This document shows positions 1 through 12,509 of a stretch of DNA of 64,000 nt, in pieces (within the stretch, counting starts at the first letter, position 1; every line of letters begins with the position of its first letter). The notes under the pieces are model-generated. The model made no database searches, was not told the origin of the DNA, and saw only the letters and a list, made by a program, of their open reading frames with translations. The translations under genes were made by a program, and so were the position numbers. The DNA comes from Mobula hypostoma (taxonomy: Eukaryota). The stretch lies in contig NC_086107.1 of assembly GCF_963921235.1 (NCBI RefSeq), forward strand, positions 110,486,001 through 110,550,000. Reading direction: 5' to 3'.

Positions 1-360
1 CCCTCCGGTAAAAGAAATTCCTCCTCATCTCTGTTCTAAATGGATGTCCTTCTATTCTGAGGCTGTGCCCTTGAGTCCTAGACTCCCCCACTCCCCATCC
101 TCTGCACATCCACTCTACCTAGGACTTTCAAGATTTGATAGGTTTCAATGAGACCACCCCCACCCCATTCTTCTCGACTCCTGTGAGTACAGGCACAGAG
201 CCATCAAACGCTCCTCACACATTAACCCTTTCATTCCCAGGATCATTCTCATGTTCAACGCCAGCCACATCCTTTCTTAGGTAAGGGGCCCAAAACTGCT
301 CTCAATGCTCCAAGTGTGGTCTGACCATTGCCTTATCAAGCCTCAACATTGCATCCTTAC
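1..360 (-). mobile_element. CR1 LINE ORF2 3' fragment (decayed)
   Basis: Minus strand matches the CR1 C-terminal region (K.MVRPHLE..QFWAPYLRK), as in other CR1 copies in the window. Confidence 0.8.
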
Positions 361-589
361 GCTTCCTTTAATTATGTAATGTTCACCTCGTCACAAGTTA
401 CTCGGCAAGTGAAGAAGCTATTTCCCGTGAGAAATTTGTTCAATTAGCACCTGATGGAGTCGGTATGTGTAATCTGTTCATGAACTTCACCTTGTGTTTT
501 AGAGATTTATAACTTCCGATGCTTTTGCTTGTGAGAGAACATCTGAATTAAGCTGATCTCAGGGGTGGGTTCAGCCGGTCACCTAGAAC

Positions 590-1152
590 TTTGACGAACT
601 TCTATAGATACACAGTGGAGAGTACCTGAACTGGTTGCACCTTGGTCTGGTATGGAAACACCAATGCCCAGGAGCAGAAGAGACGTGGATACAGCCTGGT
701 CCACCACAAGCAAAGCTCTCTATAAGGAGTACTGCAACAAGAAAGCAGCCTCCATCATCAAGGACCCCCACCATCCAAGACGTTCTCTCTTCTCACTGCC
801 ACCATCGGGCAGGAGGTACAGGAGCCTTAGGGCACACACTACCAAGTTCAGGAACAGTTAGTACCCTTCAACCATTAGGCCTCAGAACTAGCATGGATAA
901 TTTCACTCACCTCAACTTGGAACTGATTCCACAACCTACAGACTCACTTCCAGGGACTTGACAATTCACGTTCTCAACATTATTTTATTGACACGAGTCT
1001 TTTTTCACACATTGATTGTTTGTCAGTCATTGTTTATGTACAGTGCTTCATAAATTCTATTGTATTTCTTTATTTTCCTGCAACTGTGCGCAAGAAAATG
1101 AACCTCAAGGTAGTATATGTTGACATTGCTAACCAATTTACTTTTGACTTTC
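590..1152 (+). mobile_element. Rex1/Babar LINE 3' fragment with 3' UTR
   Basis: ORF 652-861 KKAASIIKDPHHP..LFSLPPSGRRYRSLRAHTTKFRNS is the typical Rex1/Babar C-terminus; ends in an ACTTTG-type tail. Confidence 0.8.
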
Positions 1153-1499
1153 AGATCAGAGAGATTATATACCACTATGTTTTGACAGTCAGATTAGTGG
1201 CACCATAACACTAAACTGGCTCAGAAAGTGGCCTCAGGACCACCTGCCTGATATTCAGAAACAATTTATAAATCAACAAGAGCTAATAAAAGTTAAACTT
1301 TTGTTAACAGCACTTACGCATTTCAAAATAATAAAAATTAAAACACTTACTATAAAAGTTAACAGCAGCTTAGGGTCTGTGAAAGGACCATCCCAACTGC
1401 GTCTGAGACAAATCTTCAGAAGAGCTAGCTCACTTATTTATTTCATTGAGATATGGTGCTTTCAGCTCTTCAAGCCATGCTGCCCAGCTGATTTAACCC

Positions 1500-1768
1500 T
1501 GTCTACAATCGTCACGAGGGAACGTCGGAGATGGATTGGGCACGTGATGAGAAGAGAGGCCAACTCCACCATCAAGTTAACATTTCACTGGACCTCTGAA
1601 GGGCGGAGGAAACGCGGGAGACCAAATACAACTTGACGCCATACGGTAGAGGCAGAAATGAGGACCTGGAACCACAGTAGAGAAGACGGCCAAGGACAGA
1701 CAGAAATGGAAGACCATCATTGCTGCCCTAAGTGCCAACGGCGTATGGGTAGTAACTAACTAACTAAT
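1500..1768 (+). mobile_element. RTE-clade LINE 3' end with (TAAC)n tail
   Basis: RRWIGHVMRR..HWTSEGRRKRGRP C-terminal motif, followed by gtaactaactaactaa. Confidence 0.8.
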
Positions 1769-1952
1769 CACGGGTCAATTTACAATGACATATTAACGTA
1801 CTTACCAGTACACTTCTGGACAATGGGAAAAACTAGAGGAAAGCCACACATTCGACGGGGAGTACATCTCCTTACAGCCATCGGAACTGAACTCCAAACA
1901 CCGATCCTCTGAGCTGTAATAGCATTGCGCTAACCGCTATGCTACCATGGCG
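1766..1952 (-). mobile_element. V-SINE/HE1-like tRNA-derived SINE (decayed)
   Basis: Reverse complement gives a ggtagcatagcggttagcg head and the cattgtaaattg..gtgattag tail shared with other copies. Confidence 0.65.
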
Positions 1953-2259
1953 ACCACTGATCCTGAGACCCTGCCCCTTTTTTATGTCTTCATTTTCCAG
2001 CATCTGAATACCGCTGCTGCGGCCAACGTTTATCGCCCAACCCTAAATGCCCTTGAGAAAGCGGTGTGGAGGGGGTGGGTGTTGAGTCGCTGTTGCGGAC
2101 CACTGTCGAGTTATGTTGGGGAATGAATCAGAGCCTTACAGGCCCCACCTAGACGTTGTCTCAGCCACTGCTGCCTTAACCTTAGAATGGAACTGGGACA
2201 CAGTGTTATTTTCACACAAGCCTCCAGATGTTTGGCCAATTCAAGTTTATGCTAACTTT

Positions 2260-3080
2260 CACAACACACACAAAATGCTGGAGGAACTCAGCAGGTCAGG
2301 CAGCAGCTATGGAGGGGAATTTCGGGCCAAGACCCTCCATCAGTACTGGAAAGGAAGGGGGCAGAAGGAGGTGGGAGTTGGCGGAGGAGGAGTACAAGTC
2401 GGGAGGTGATCAGTGAGACCAGATGAGGGTGGAGGTGGGGACGAAGTAAGAAGCTGGGAGGTGATAGGTGGAAAAGATAAAGGGCTGAATAAGAAGGAAT
2501 CTGATAGGGGAGGACAGTGGCCCGTGGAAGGAAGGGAAGGAGGAGGGGAACCAGAGGGAGGTGATGGGCAGGTGAGGAGAACAGGTGAGAGGGTAACCAG
2601 CATGTGGAATAGAAAAAGAGAGGGGAGGGGGAGAAATGACTGGAAGTTAGGGAAATCGATGTTCATGACAACAGGTTGGAGGCCACCCAGACAGAATATG
2701 AGGTGTTGCCTCTCCAGTCTGAGTTTGGCCTTATCATGGCAGTAGAGGATGGACACATCAGAGTGGGAACGGAAAGTAGGCTTCAAATTCATACCCTCCG
2801 GGAGATGTTGCCTTTTAAGGGAGACAGAGCGAGGTACTCGATGAAGCTGTCCCGAAATCTATGCTGGGTCTCACCGATGAGGAGGAGACTGCACCAGGAG
2901 CACCAGATACAATAGATCACTCCTACGGAGAGGCAGGTGGAGTGTCGACTCACCTGGAAGGATTGCGTGAATGGTGATGAGGGTGGAGGTGTCGGGGCAG
3001 GTGTAGCACTTGTCAGGCTTGCAGGGATAAGAGCCAGCAGGGAGATCCTCGGCGAAGGACGAGTGGGCGAGGGAAACGTC
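2260..3080 (-). mobile_element. Penelope-like element 3' fragment (GIY-YIG C-terminus plus pseudo-LTR)
   Basis: Minus ORF ..LRLERQHLIFCLGGLQPVVMNIDFPNF; pLTR end cacaaaatgctggaggaactcagcaggtcaggcagc at 2269-2304. Confidence 0.8.
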
Positions 3081-3194
3081 TATACTTAATTTGTAATGTT
3101 CCGTGCTGTTGCTGCAAAAAGCAAAATTTCATGGCATTCATTGCCTGTGGCAATAATAAACTTAAACTTGAATATAAATGTTGCCAGAACCAAA

Positions 3195-3520
3195 CTATTG
3201 GTTCCCTTTCCTGCCCATCACCTCCCTCTGATTCCCTTCCTCCTTCCCTTTCTCACAAAGTCCACTCTCTCTCCTATCAGATTCCTTCTTCTCCACCCAC
3301 CTGGCTTCACCTATCACCTTCCAGCCAGCCTCTTTCCCCTCTGCCCACCTCTTTATTCTGGCATTTCCCCCGCCCTTTCCTTCTCAGTCCTGAAGGAGAC
3401 TCCCAACCCAAAACGTTGACCGTCTATTCATTTCCACAGGTGCCGCCTGACCTGCTGAGCTCCTCCAGCATTTTGTGTGCTGCTTTGGATTTCCAGCGTC
3501 GGCAGATTTTCATGTGTTTA
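3195..3520 (+). mobile_element. Penelope pseudo-LTR, inverted relative to 2260-3080
   Basis: CT-rich UTR followed by gccgcctgacctgctgagctcctccagcattttgtgtg, the reverse complement of the 2269-2304 motif. Confidence 0.75.
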
Positions 3521-4119
3521 TTACTGGAAAAAGTGGAGTGATCAGTAATTTTCTTATTTGTGCAATTCGTCTTCATTTGCACATCGATTGTTTGTCAATC
3601 TATGTATAGTTTTTTCATAAATTCTGTTGTATTTCTTTATTTTCCTGTGAATGCCTGCAAGGAATTTACTTTGATAATAAAATTGACTTTGACTTTGAAG
3701 GTCAGCAAATGAATGGAAACTCACTTCACTGAGGTTCCTGGCACTAATACAAATGACTCCAACCAGTCAGACTGGGATGTGAACCTTAATGTGTGGCGAA
3801 ATGAACTTCCTCCCAACACACTTGTTCTCTGCAGTGCCCCTGCACTCAAATTCTGGCAGATGGTCCCTGCAATTCGATGTTCATGTTATAACCACATCTT
3901 TTTAGAATTAATTTTGGACTTTTCTCACTTGTTTTTAAAGCTCTCAATAGTCTGGGAGCAGAGTACATCGCAGAATTGTTTTTTTGTTTTATAACCCTGC
4001 TCAAGCTCTCGGGTTTACTTCCACTGGTCTCTCAAATTTAAATAATTTCCCTCAAAAGCTAATTGGCAGGACGGCTTTTTTTTTGAATGAAACTGTGCAA
4101 CTCAATGCCTAAAACAATA

Positions 4120-4320
4120 AAGCATGCGGACTCAGTTGACACTGTTAAATGGCAGCTCAAAACCTATTTATTTAAACTTGATTTTAACTAACGTCTTTTT
4201 GTCTTTTATTTTAATTTTTTAAATCATATTTTCATATTTTATACTTTTACTCCCTTGCAAAGCACCTTGAGCTGCACCGCCTGTATGAAAGTGCTCAATA
4301 AAGTTATTATTATTATTTTA
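4120..4320 (+). mobile_element. L2-type LINE 3' tail
   Basis: aaagcaccttgagctgca..tgtatgaaagtgctcaataaagttattattatt is a typical L2 3' terminus. Confidence 0.6.
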
Positions 4321-5249
4321 TTATAACAAAAGGTTAAAACTGACCAACTCAATGGTAACAGATTGTGGAGGACGTCCGTGTCTCTGGGAGCTAGCTTGGC
4401 ATTCTCTTTCGGGATTTCAACGGAATAGTTGTAACCTGCAACTCTTTTTTGATATAATTAGCAGACCAATGGCTACGCGGAGAATATCATGGACAGCTGT
4501 TGTTACTGGATGGAAAATAGGTCATAGATGGATAAGCACTCTCCTGTGTCAGAGTGTCCGACTTCCTTCTTCCCAGCTCCCTGCGCGCAACAGTTGTTGG
4601 GCCTTTGGGATGAGGACACCACCCTGCAAGAGGGGCAGGCAGTCGGCTCATGTTGTTTTATCGTGGCTCGAAGACCTAGTAGTAGTGCGGTCACCTGAGT
4701 TGAGCATGATGTTCTTCTAAGGGGTTGTCTATTGGTGGGTCCTCAGGCGGCTGTAGAGGGCTGATTCGAGATTCACATATTCTGGTAGGTTGGGTTCCCT
4801 TAATGCCAGTGCTGACTTTATCTAACGCTGGAGGCTGCTTCACGGACAGTCACCACACAGTCTTTGATAGACTGGGGTTGGTGTTTCTGCCCAAACTCTG
4901 CCTGATGGCCACGCCCTGAGGTCTTCTAGTGGAGACCAGAAAGCTATGGAAATTGGTGAGAGTATTTGATGCACTTGGTGTGGTCTCTGAGTCACCTGGC
5001 GTGGTAGAGAGACTTGTGAGGTCCTGAGATCTCAGGTGTGATGCATTCTGGAGCTAAGCCGTCGGGCTCTTAGCTCCTGGCAGGGTCGCCCATTGCGGGA
5101 AGGTCAAGGGGGAGGTTCTAGACCAAAAGCAATCCAACCAAGACCTCAACGGTGGAGCAGGCGGAAGATGATGACACAACACAAAGCTGTGAAGGCGGAG
5201 AAAGTGTGCCGCAGTGAGGGGCCCCCCAGTCGTCCTGCGCTCCATGCTG

Positions 5250-5820
5250 GGGAAGACGTCAGAATAAATAGGCGAGGAGGAGGGGAAGAAGGTGATAGGT
5301 AAAGCCAGGTAGGTAGGAAAGGTAAAGAGCTGGAGAGGAAGGAATCTGACAGGAGAGAAGAGTGGACCAAGGAAGAAAGGGAAGGAGAAGGGAATCAGAG
5401 GGAAGGGATGGGCGGGAAAGGGAACCAATCATTTATATTCGTTTAAGTTTAAGAGGAGAGTGGACCATAGGAGAAGAGGAAGGGGGAGGGGACCCGATCG
5501 GCAGGTGAGACGAGCTAAGGGGCCAGAGTGGGGAATAGAACAAGAGGGAAGGGGGAGGGAAAATTTCTTTACTGGAAGGAGAAATCAATATTTATACCAT
5601 CAAGTTGGAGGCTACTCTGATGGACTATAAGGTGTTGCTCCTCCAGCCCTGAGGATGGTCTCATCTTGGCAAAAGAGGAGGCCGTGGACTGCCATGTTGG
5701 ATTGGGAATTAAAATTTTGGACCACCAGGAAGTTCTGCATTCGGAGGATGGAACGGAGGTGCTTGATGAAATGGTTCCCACAATTTATAACAGGTCTAAC
5801 CAGTGTAGGAGAGGCTGCAT
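5250..5820 (-). mobile_element. Penelope-like element fragment
   Basis: Minus ORF ..GLEEQHLIVHQSSLQLDGINIDFSFQ plus the GA-rich UTR shared with 2260-3080. Confidence 0.75.
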
Positions 5821-6231
5821 AGCGAACAGATTGGGCATGGTCAGGTTCTTTTGCTCTCCACAAAGCGTTGCAGGACGGTCTTCCTCGTCGCTGGATCTCA
5901 CTGTAGGTCTCATCCACCCAGTACACTGGAGTTGACTTTGCATCCTTGGATTGGCATGTCCCTTTCTCTCTGGTACCCTCACCTGTCGAAGCGGTGTTCC
6001 GCGGCATGGCCGCTGTCGCACGCAAACAGCAGTTGGTGCCATAGCCAGAGCCGAAAGTCCCGTGGGGTCCAAAGGTGAGTGAGCTGCCCTTTCACTGGAG
6101 GTGCTAATATTTCTTTTATAGTTACTGTTCTATAGATTTGCTGAGTATGCCCACAGGAAAATGAATCTCAGGGTTGTGTATGGTAACGTACATGTATTTT
6201 GATAATAAAATTTTCTTTGAACTTTGATTTT

Positions 6232-6855
6232 TTAGATTATGAAGACACTCAGTCCTCTTGTATTGTCATTTAGTAATGCATGCATTAAAAAATGATACAA
6301 TATTTCCTCCGGTGTGATATCACAAAACACAGGTCGGACCAAGACTGAAAAAACTGACAAAACCACATAATTATAACATATAGTTACAACAGTGCAACAA
6401 TGCCATAACTTGATGAAGAAGTCCATGAGGACAGTAAAAAGTTCAAAGTCTCTCAAATGTCCCACATCTCACGCGGACGGGAGAAGGAAGCAAAACTCTC
6501 CCTGCCATGCTCGACCACGGTCCGACTCTGAGTCATCTGAAAACTTCGAGCTCTGATCAGCCCTCCGACACCGAGTACCGAGTGCCATCTCTGTCCGAAC
6601 GATTCGACCTCAATCTTGGTCGCCAACAACAGGCAAATCTGGGGATTTTGAGGCCTTCTCTCCGGAAGATTCTCGACCGCGCAGTAACAACAGCAGCGAA
6701 CGAGCATTTCAGTAACTTCTCCAGATCTTCCTCTGTGCTTTCACGTCCGTCTCCATCAAATCAGAATTGTCCACGGCCCCTATTTAACAGATACGATATT
6801 ATTTTTCACCGGGGGGCTGTGCACGCGCGGCGCGCTGATCTCTCTCCTCCTGCTG
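6232..6855 (-). mobile_element. Non-autonomous retroelement with Rex1-like 3' tail (same family as 20998-22186)
   Basis: Colinear with 20998-21080 plus 21591-22186; non-coding; (TAATC)n-type tail on the minus strand. Confidence 0.6.
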
Positions 6856-7211
6856 ACCGATTCTGATTCTGAGTAAGAAAATAACTTCCAGGAAAAGATC
6901 TGGGGGAGTGCCTGGATAGAGGCTGCAGGCTAGGTGCCATTCTTCCCACGTCGTATGGAAAGCTGGTCTACCACTGGGGGAGAGAAGGCAGGTTTGTAGG
7001 GATTATGTTCTGAGACAAAGCATTATCAAATCAACAAAGCATGTTGTGAAAGTGATTATTGCACGGTGTAGGAAGTGCTAAAATAAAAATCTCGTGACTG
7101 AACTTTGAAGAATTAACACTATTGAACAATGTCATCTGAGATTGAAATCCCAACCCAGAATTAAGAGTTATATTAGAAAGGGTTAATAAATTGAAATGAA
7201 CAGAAAACAGA

Positions 7212-7545
7212 CTATTGAATTGAATTGACTTCATTACTTAAACCCTTCACATAAATGAGGAGTAAAAATCTTTACGTTATGTTTCCATCTAAATGTGCAA
7301 TGTGAAATTTATAGTAATTTGTAATGTACAGCAGGACAGTCAATATAACATGGAAATACAATTGTATCAGCGTGAATTAATCGGTCTGATGGCTTGGTGG
7401 AAGAAGCTGTCCTGGAGCCTGTTGGTCCTGGCTCTTATGCTGTGGTACCATTTCCCAGATGGTAGCAGCTGGAACAGTTTGTGGTTGGGGTGACTCGGGT
7501 CCCCAGTGATCCTCTGGGTCCTTTTTATGCACCTGTCTCTGTAAA
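7212..7545 (-). mobile_element. Rex1/Babar 3' end
   Basis: gaattgaattgact tail and ..aagaagctgtcctggagcctg..ttcccagatggtagc, antisense to the LLPSG..NSFF motif. Confidence 0.65.
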
Positions 7546-7734
7546 CGACTGTTTTAAGATTTTTTCCACATAGAAGTAAATACTCTGTCTTTATATAGAA
7601 AGATATGTATCCAATTGAAGAAATGAAGAGCCAAGAAGAGATTGATCACTATGCTAGGCTTTTGAAGTATCTTTCAGAGACTTATCACTGATACAAGATA
7701 GACTTGTGTGTACAATCGAAAGCAACCAACCCAG

Positions 7735-8770
7735 GGAGAGTTAGAGAGAGGGAGCGAGAGAAAGAGACAGAATAAATGAGTGAAAGATAGAGCAAAAGTT
7801 TGTATTTGTGTTTGTATGACAGAGAGAGAGAGAGATAGAAGCAGCAAGCACAAGAGAGATTGAAGGACAAAGAGTGAAAGAGACAAAGAGAGAGAATGAA
7901 ACAAAAAGAGATAGAGAGGAAGAGAGAGGGAGACAATTTGCAAGAGAGGAAGGGAGAGAGAGAAGCAGCAACCAAGAGTCTGAGATTAAAAGAAAAAGAG
8001 AGAGGGATAGACAGAAAGAGATAAAGAGAGAGAGAGGGAGACAATGAGCAAGAGAGGAACATAGAACATAGAAACATAGAAATCTACAGCACATTACAGG
8101 CCCTTCGGCCCACAATTTTGTGCGGACCATATAACCTACTCTAGAAACTGCCTAGAGTTTCCCTAATGTATAGTCCTCTATTTTTCTAAGCTCCATGAAC
8201 CTATCTACGAGGCTCTGAAAAGGCCCTATCGTATCTGCTTCCACCACTGCCGCCAGCAGTACATTCCGCGCACCCAACAACTCGCTGTGTGAAAAACTTA
8301 CCCCTGACTTCCCCTCGGTACTTATCTCCAAGCACCTTAAAACTACGCCCCCTCGTGTTAGCCATTTCAGCCTTGGGAAAAAGCCTCAGGCTATCCACAC
8401 GATCAATACACCTCTATCAGGTCACCTCTCATCCTTTGTCACTCCAAGGAGAAAAGGCTGAGTTCACTCAACCTATTCTCATAAGGTACGCCCTCCCATC
8501 CAGGCAACATCCTTGTAAATCTCCTCTGCTCTCTATAGTATCCACTACAGAGGAAGAGAGGGAGAGAGAGAGGCAGCAAAGAAGAGATAGCGATTGAAAG
8601 ACAAGGAGTGAAGGAAAGAAAGAGAGAGGGATAGAGACAAGGAAGGGATAAAGAGAGAGGGAGACATCGAGCAAGGAAAATGAAGAGCAGAATATGGGGA
8701 AGAGAGAGCAAGCAAGGAAGAAAGATGGTGAGGATATGGTGAAAGAGAGAGTGAGAGTCTGAGAAAGGAA
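7735..8770. repeat. GA-rich low-complexity tract interrupted by a CR1 fragment
   Basis: Imperfect (GA)n/(GAAA)n on both sides of 8056-8550. Confidence 0.9.
8056..8550 (-). mobile_element. CR1 3' end with (CTATGTT)n tail
   Basis: Minus ORFs QRRFTRMLPG..RLSELSLFSLE and NTRGRSFKV..FFTQRVVG; gaacatagaacatag tail. Confidence 0.85.
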
Positions 8771-9283
8771 CGAGGAATGTGTTTGAGGATTTCTCTGTGT
8801 ATGTGCATGTGTATGCAAGTTGGTGAAAATGAGTAAGAAGTGGGAGTTGGGAGGAGATCCAAGAGTCAGACCTTTAACCCCCGAACTTCTCCAGTCTCGG
8901 CAAAGTACTTGAAGAATTACATTAAACCTCTTCAAAAAGGAGTAAATGGTCAGACTGAATTTTGGGAGAGGAAGGGACTTAAGCTCACTGAATCAAGGAT
9001 CCATCCTACAGACAGAATTCAAGTCATGAATGCCACAGGCCCGGGGCAGTGTGACTAGAGGGGGGGGGGGAAATAAAGATGTTCTGCTTACCTGAGCCAG
9101 CTACGGCCCCCTGCTGCAGAGAACAGTAGGGGCTCCATCAAGAACTCAGTGAGGCTGGCTTTGTTCTCTCCACTGGGATCAATCGAGCCTATTGGTGCCC
9201 ATTCAAACCACCACGGCTCTTCAGCTGATTGGGCTCTGCACGAGGTTTCTGATGGCTCTTAAACAGATGGAGATGAGAACACA

Positions 9284-10400
9284 AGATTCAAGATTCAAGA
9301 TTGTTTAATGTCATTTCCTGTACACAAGTGTAAAGGAGAACAAAATTATTGTTACTCCGGATCCGGAGCAGCACAAAAGATAAAAGTACACAACAATAAT
9401 AAAGAACACAATAGATATGAATACATGAGACAGCTTATATACATAGATTGACTGTGTGTCCATAAAGTGATGCTACGCTGAACATAAGGTGACTGACGGG
9501 AAATAATAAAGTAGAGGTGGGTTAGTGGGTGGAGGTGTTGATCAGTCTTGCTGCTTGAGGAAGTAACTGTTTTTGAGTCTGGCGGTCCTTGATTGGATGC
9601 TACGTAGCCTCCTCCCTGATGGGACTGGGGCAAACAATCCATGAGCAGGGTGGGTGGGATCCTTCATGATGTTACTGGCCATTTTCCAGCACCTTTCTGT
9701 ATCTATGTCCTCAATGGTGGGTAGGCTGGTGCCAGTGATATGTTGGGCAGTGTAGACTACCTGTTGTAAAGATTTCCTGTCCACCACAGTGCAGTTTCTG
9801 TCCCAAACAGTGATGCAGTTTGTTAGGATGCTCTCTACCGTGCATCTGTAGAATGGTGTGCGTATGGATGTGCATATTCCAGCTCTCTTCAGCTTCTTCA
9901 GAAAGAAGAAGTGTTGGTGAGCTTTCCTGACTGTGTAGGATGTGTTCTGGACCGATCAGAGGTAGTGTGTGATGTGCACACCCAGGAGTTTGAAACCGCT
10001 TGCAGTTTCCACTGCTGTGCTGCTGATATAAAGGGGGCCGTGAGTGGTGCGAATTACCCTGAGGTCAATAACTTTTCCTGGGGCTGCACGGTAGCATGGT
10101 GGTTAGCACAACACTTTACAGTGCAGGCGGCCTGGGTTCAATTCCTGCCTCTGCCTGTGAGGAGCTTGTATGTTCTCCCCATGGTTGCACGGGTTTCATC
10201 TGGGTGCTCCAGTTTCCTCCCACATTTCAAAGATGTATTGGTTAATCGGCCATTGTAAGTTCTCCTGTGATTAGGCTAGGGTTAAAATCAGGAGTTTCTG
10301 GGTGGCACAGCTCGAAGGGCTGGAAGGGCCTACTCTGCGCTGTACCTCAATAAAATACAATTTAGAAAACATCTCCTTTGTCTTGTTGACATTAACAAAG
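9284..10400 (-). mobile_element. Rex1/Babar 3' fragment interrupted by a SINE
   Basis: ORF DRKSLQQVV.TAQHITGTSLPTIEDI..KDPTHPAHGLF..PSGRRLRS; caagattcaagattcaag tail. Confidence 0.8.
10081..10358 (+). mobile_element. V-SINE/HE1-like SINE
   Basis: tRNA-like head (ggtagcatggtggttagc..gggttcaattcc), V-core gggtttc..gggtgctccagtttcctcccac, and ctcaataaa tail. Confidence 0.8.
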
Positions 10401-10514
10401 TTATCCCACTCTCCCAGTCTGCTCCACCGTTCAGTCAGATCCATTACTGTTCCAGCTCCTTGTCATTCAATAATCTTCATCCAATAAAATTCACCCCAGT
10501 ATTGAAATCTTCCT

Positions 10515-10720
10515 TTGATCCATCATTGTTATCATCATCATCTTCATAAACATCATCATCATTATCATCATCATCACTATTATCATAATCAACATCATCC
10601 TCATCAACATCATTATCCTCATCAGCATCATCATCCTCATTAACATCATTATCACCAACATCATCAACAAAATCATCATCAACATCATCATTATCATCAC
10701 CAACCATCAGTGTCATCAAC
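10515..10720. repeat. Imperfect (ATC)n trinucleotide repeat
   Basis: catcat/catcaa/cattat run; the poly-Asp ORF over it is an artefact. Confidence 0.9.
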
Positions 10721-10729
10721 AGTGACATA

Positions 10730-11175
10730 AAACATAGAACAATACAGCACACTAGAGGCTCTTCAGCCCATGATGTTGTACTGACCTTTTAACCTACTCC
10801 AAGATCAATCCAACCTTTTCCTCCTACATAGTCCTCCATTTTTCTTTCCCCATGTCTCTTAAATGTGCCCAATGTAACTGTCTCTACCACTTCCCCTGGC
10901 AGCACATTCAACGCACCCATCACTCTAAGAAAACTTATCTCTGACACCCATCCCATACTTTCTTCCAATCATCTTAAAATTATACCCCCTTGTATTAGTC
11001 ATTTGCACCCTGGGAAAAGTCCACTTTATCTATGCCTGTTACCATCTTGTACATCTCCATCAAGTTGCCTCTCAGCCCCCCTTTGCTCCAAAGAGAAAAA
11101 ACCTATCTCACTCAAACTATCCTCATAAGACGTGCTCTCCAGTCTAGTCAGCATTCTGGTAAATCTCCTCTGCCC
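10730..11175 (-). mobile_element. Old CR1 3' end
   Basis: aacatagaacaatacagcac tail and a decayed antisense RFTRML region at 11145-11170. Confidence 0.7.
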
Positions 11176-11283
11176 CAAGTTCATTGATGGTACTCAATGG
11201 AGACTCCTCGATGTTACATCAGGAGATGACGTGACAGACGCATCCCCCTGATTCCAGGCTGCTGTCCAACCAGATCATAGATG

Positions 11284-12170
11284 TGTTACGTACCCCGTAA
11301 CTGGGTTTCCAAACCAGCAGAAATGGATCACTCAGTTGGAGTCTGGATTACTGGAACTAAGAGAGTTTTATTAAAGAAACAAGCAACACAGTACTCTAAT
11401 CAAAAGGATAATAAATGCAACAGTTCAGCAATGATAAACACACATGTACACAGAATTAGGATAACAGGATCAATCAAGCTCTATCGTCGTCTAGGGATAA
11501 ATGACCAGTTTCAAAGTGACGCAAAGTTCAGTTCAACTGAGTTCAGTTCAGTTCACAGTAATCACTGCCGTGGCGATGGACAGTGGGGGGAAGGAGAGAG
11601 AGAGCAAAAACGAATGAATATTCAAACGGCTTCCACACAGATCTTCGATATTCTTCGCAGTCAGCTTTCGGGCGAGCCCTTTGTGATGTCTTCTGAGGTC
11701 ACAGACCGTGACCCCTCCGTTTCCAGATACGATCGTTTCTCTGCAGTGAACCTGGCACCCAGGCAAGGGCGGACACACACCAGGTTCCCGCCGATCATAC
11801 CTTCCCACCCTGTGCGTCTATGGCTTGGTCCCGCGACCAACCCTCCAAAACTTCCCACCGACTTATGGGAGACGCACTGCTTCCAGGGTCTCGTTACCTC
11901 GGGGTGTCGTGTGTGTCTTGCCTTAGCGAACCTGTCCCTTTTTATCCCCCTGCTGGGGTATCACCTGTCCATCACTTCAAACAGTTCAGGGTTCAAAGGG
12001 GAGCCGATCTTGACAGTTCTCCTTCCGTCCCTTCATTAACATCTCCAAATGCTGCTCCATTGTTTTCCTTATCTCTCTTTCTCCTGAAGACAGGTGGCAG
12101 ACCAACTGCTGATCCCACTGGTGCCAGCACAGGACAGCTAACATCTAAATTTATGTGTACTCTCGTCACA
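11284..12170 (-). mobile_element. Solo LTR (887 bp), probably Gypsy-type
   Basis: Termini TGTTACG...CGTCACA (imperfect inverted); 4-bp TSD GATG at 11280-11283 and 12171-12174; minus-strand AATAAA near 11366 and TATA-like gataaaaagg near 11940. Confidence 0.85.
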
Positions 12171-12189
12171 GATGATACTAAGCCCTTAG

Positions 12190-12425
12190 AAGTTTGTGCA
12201 AATTTGGTGTGTCACCTAAAACTTTGACAAATATCTATTGATGCCCGGTGGAGAGTATCCTGACTGGTTGCATCACAGCCTAGTATGAAAACACTGATGC
12301 CCAGGAATCGAAAAGTCTACAGAAAGTGGTGGATTCAGCCCAGTCCATCACGGGCAAAGCCCTCCCCATCATTGAGCACATTTACAAGGAACACTGCCAC
12401 AAGAAAGCAGCATCCGTCATCCAGG
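12190..12425 (+). mobile_element. Rex1/Babar fragment
   Basis: VVDSAQSITGKALPIIEHIYKEHCHKKAAS; the 3' UTR resumes near 13290-13637. Confidence 0.75.
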
Positions 12426-12509
12426 CCAGGCTGTCCTCAAAGATTCAAAGTACACTTACTATCAAAGAATGTCTAAATTACGCAACCTTGAGATTTGTCT
12501 GCTTACAAG

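Noticed and set aside
2320..3422. Functional hammerheads in other Penelope pLTRs (2320, 3385; also 12570, 33613, 45205)
   Set aside because: The CTGANGA or GAAA cores are mutated; treated as relics.
10477..10752. Acidic poly-Asp ORF
   Set aside because: (ATC)n microsatellite with no splice or start context.
11281..12039. 252-aa ORF
   Set aside because: Lies within the solo LTR, opposite to its inferred orientation, with no recognisable domain.
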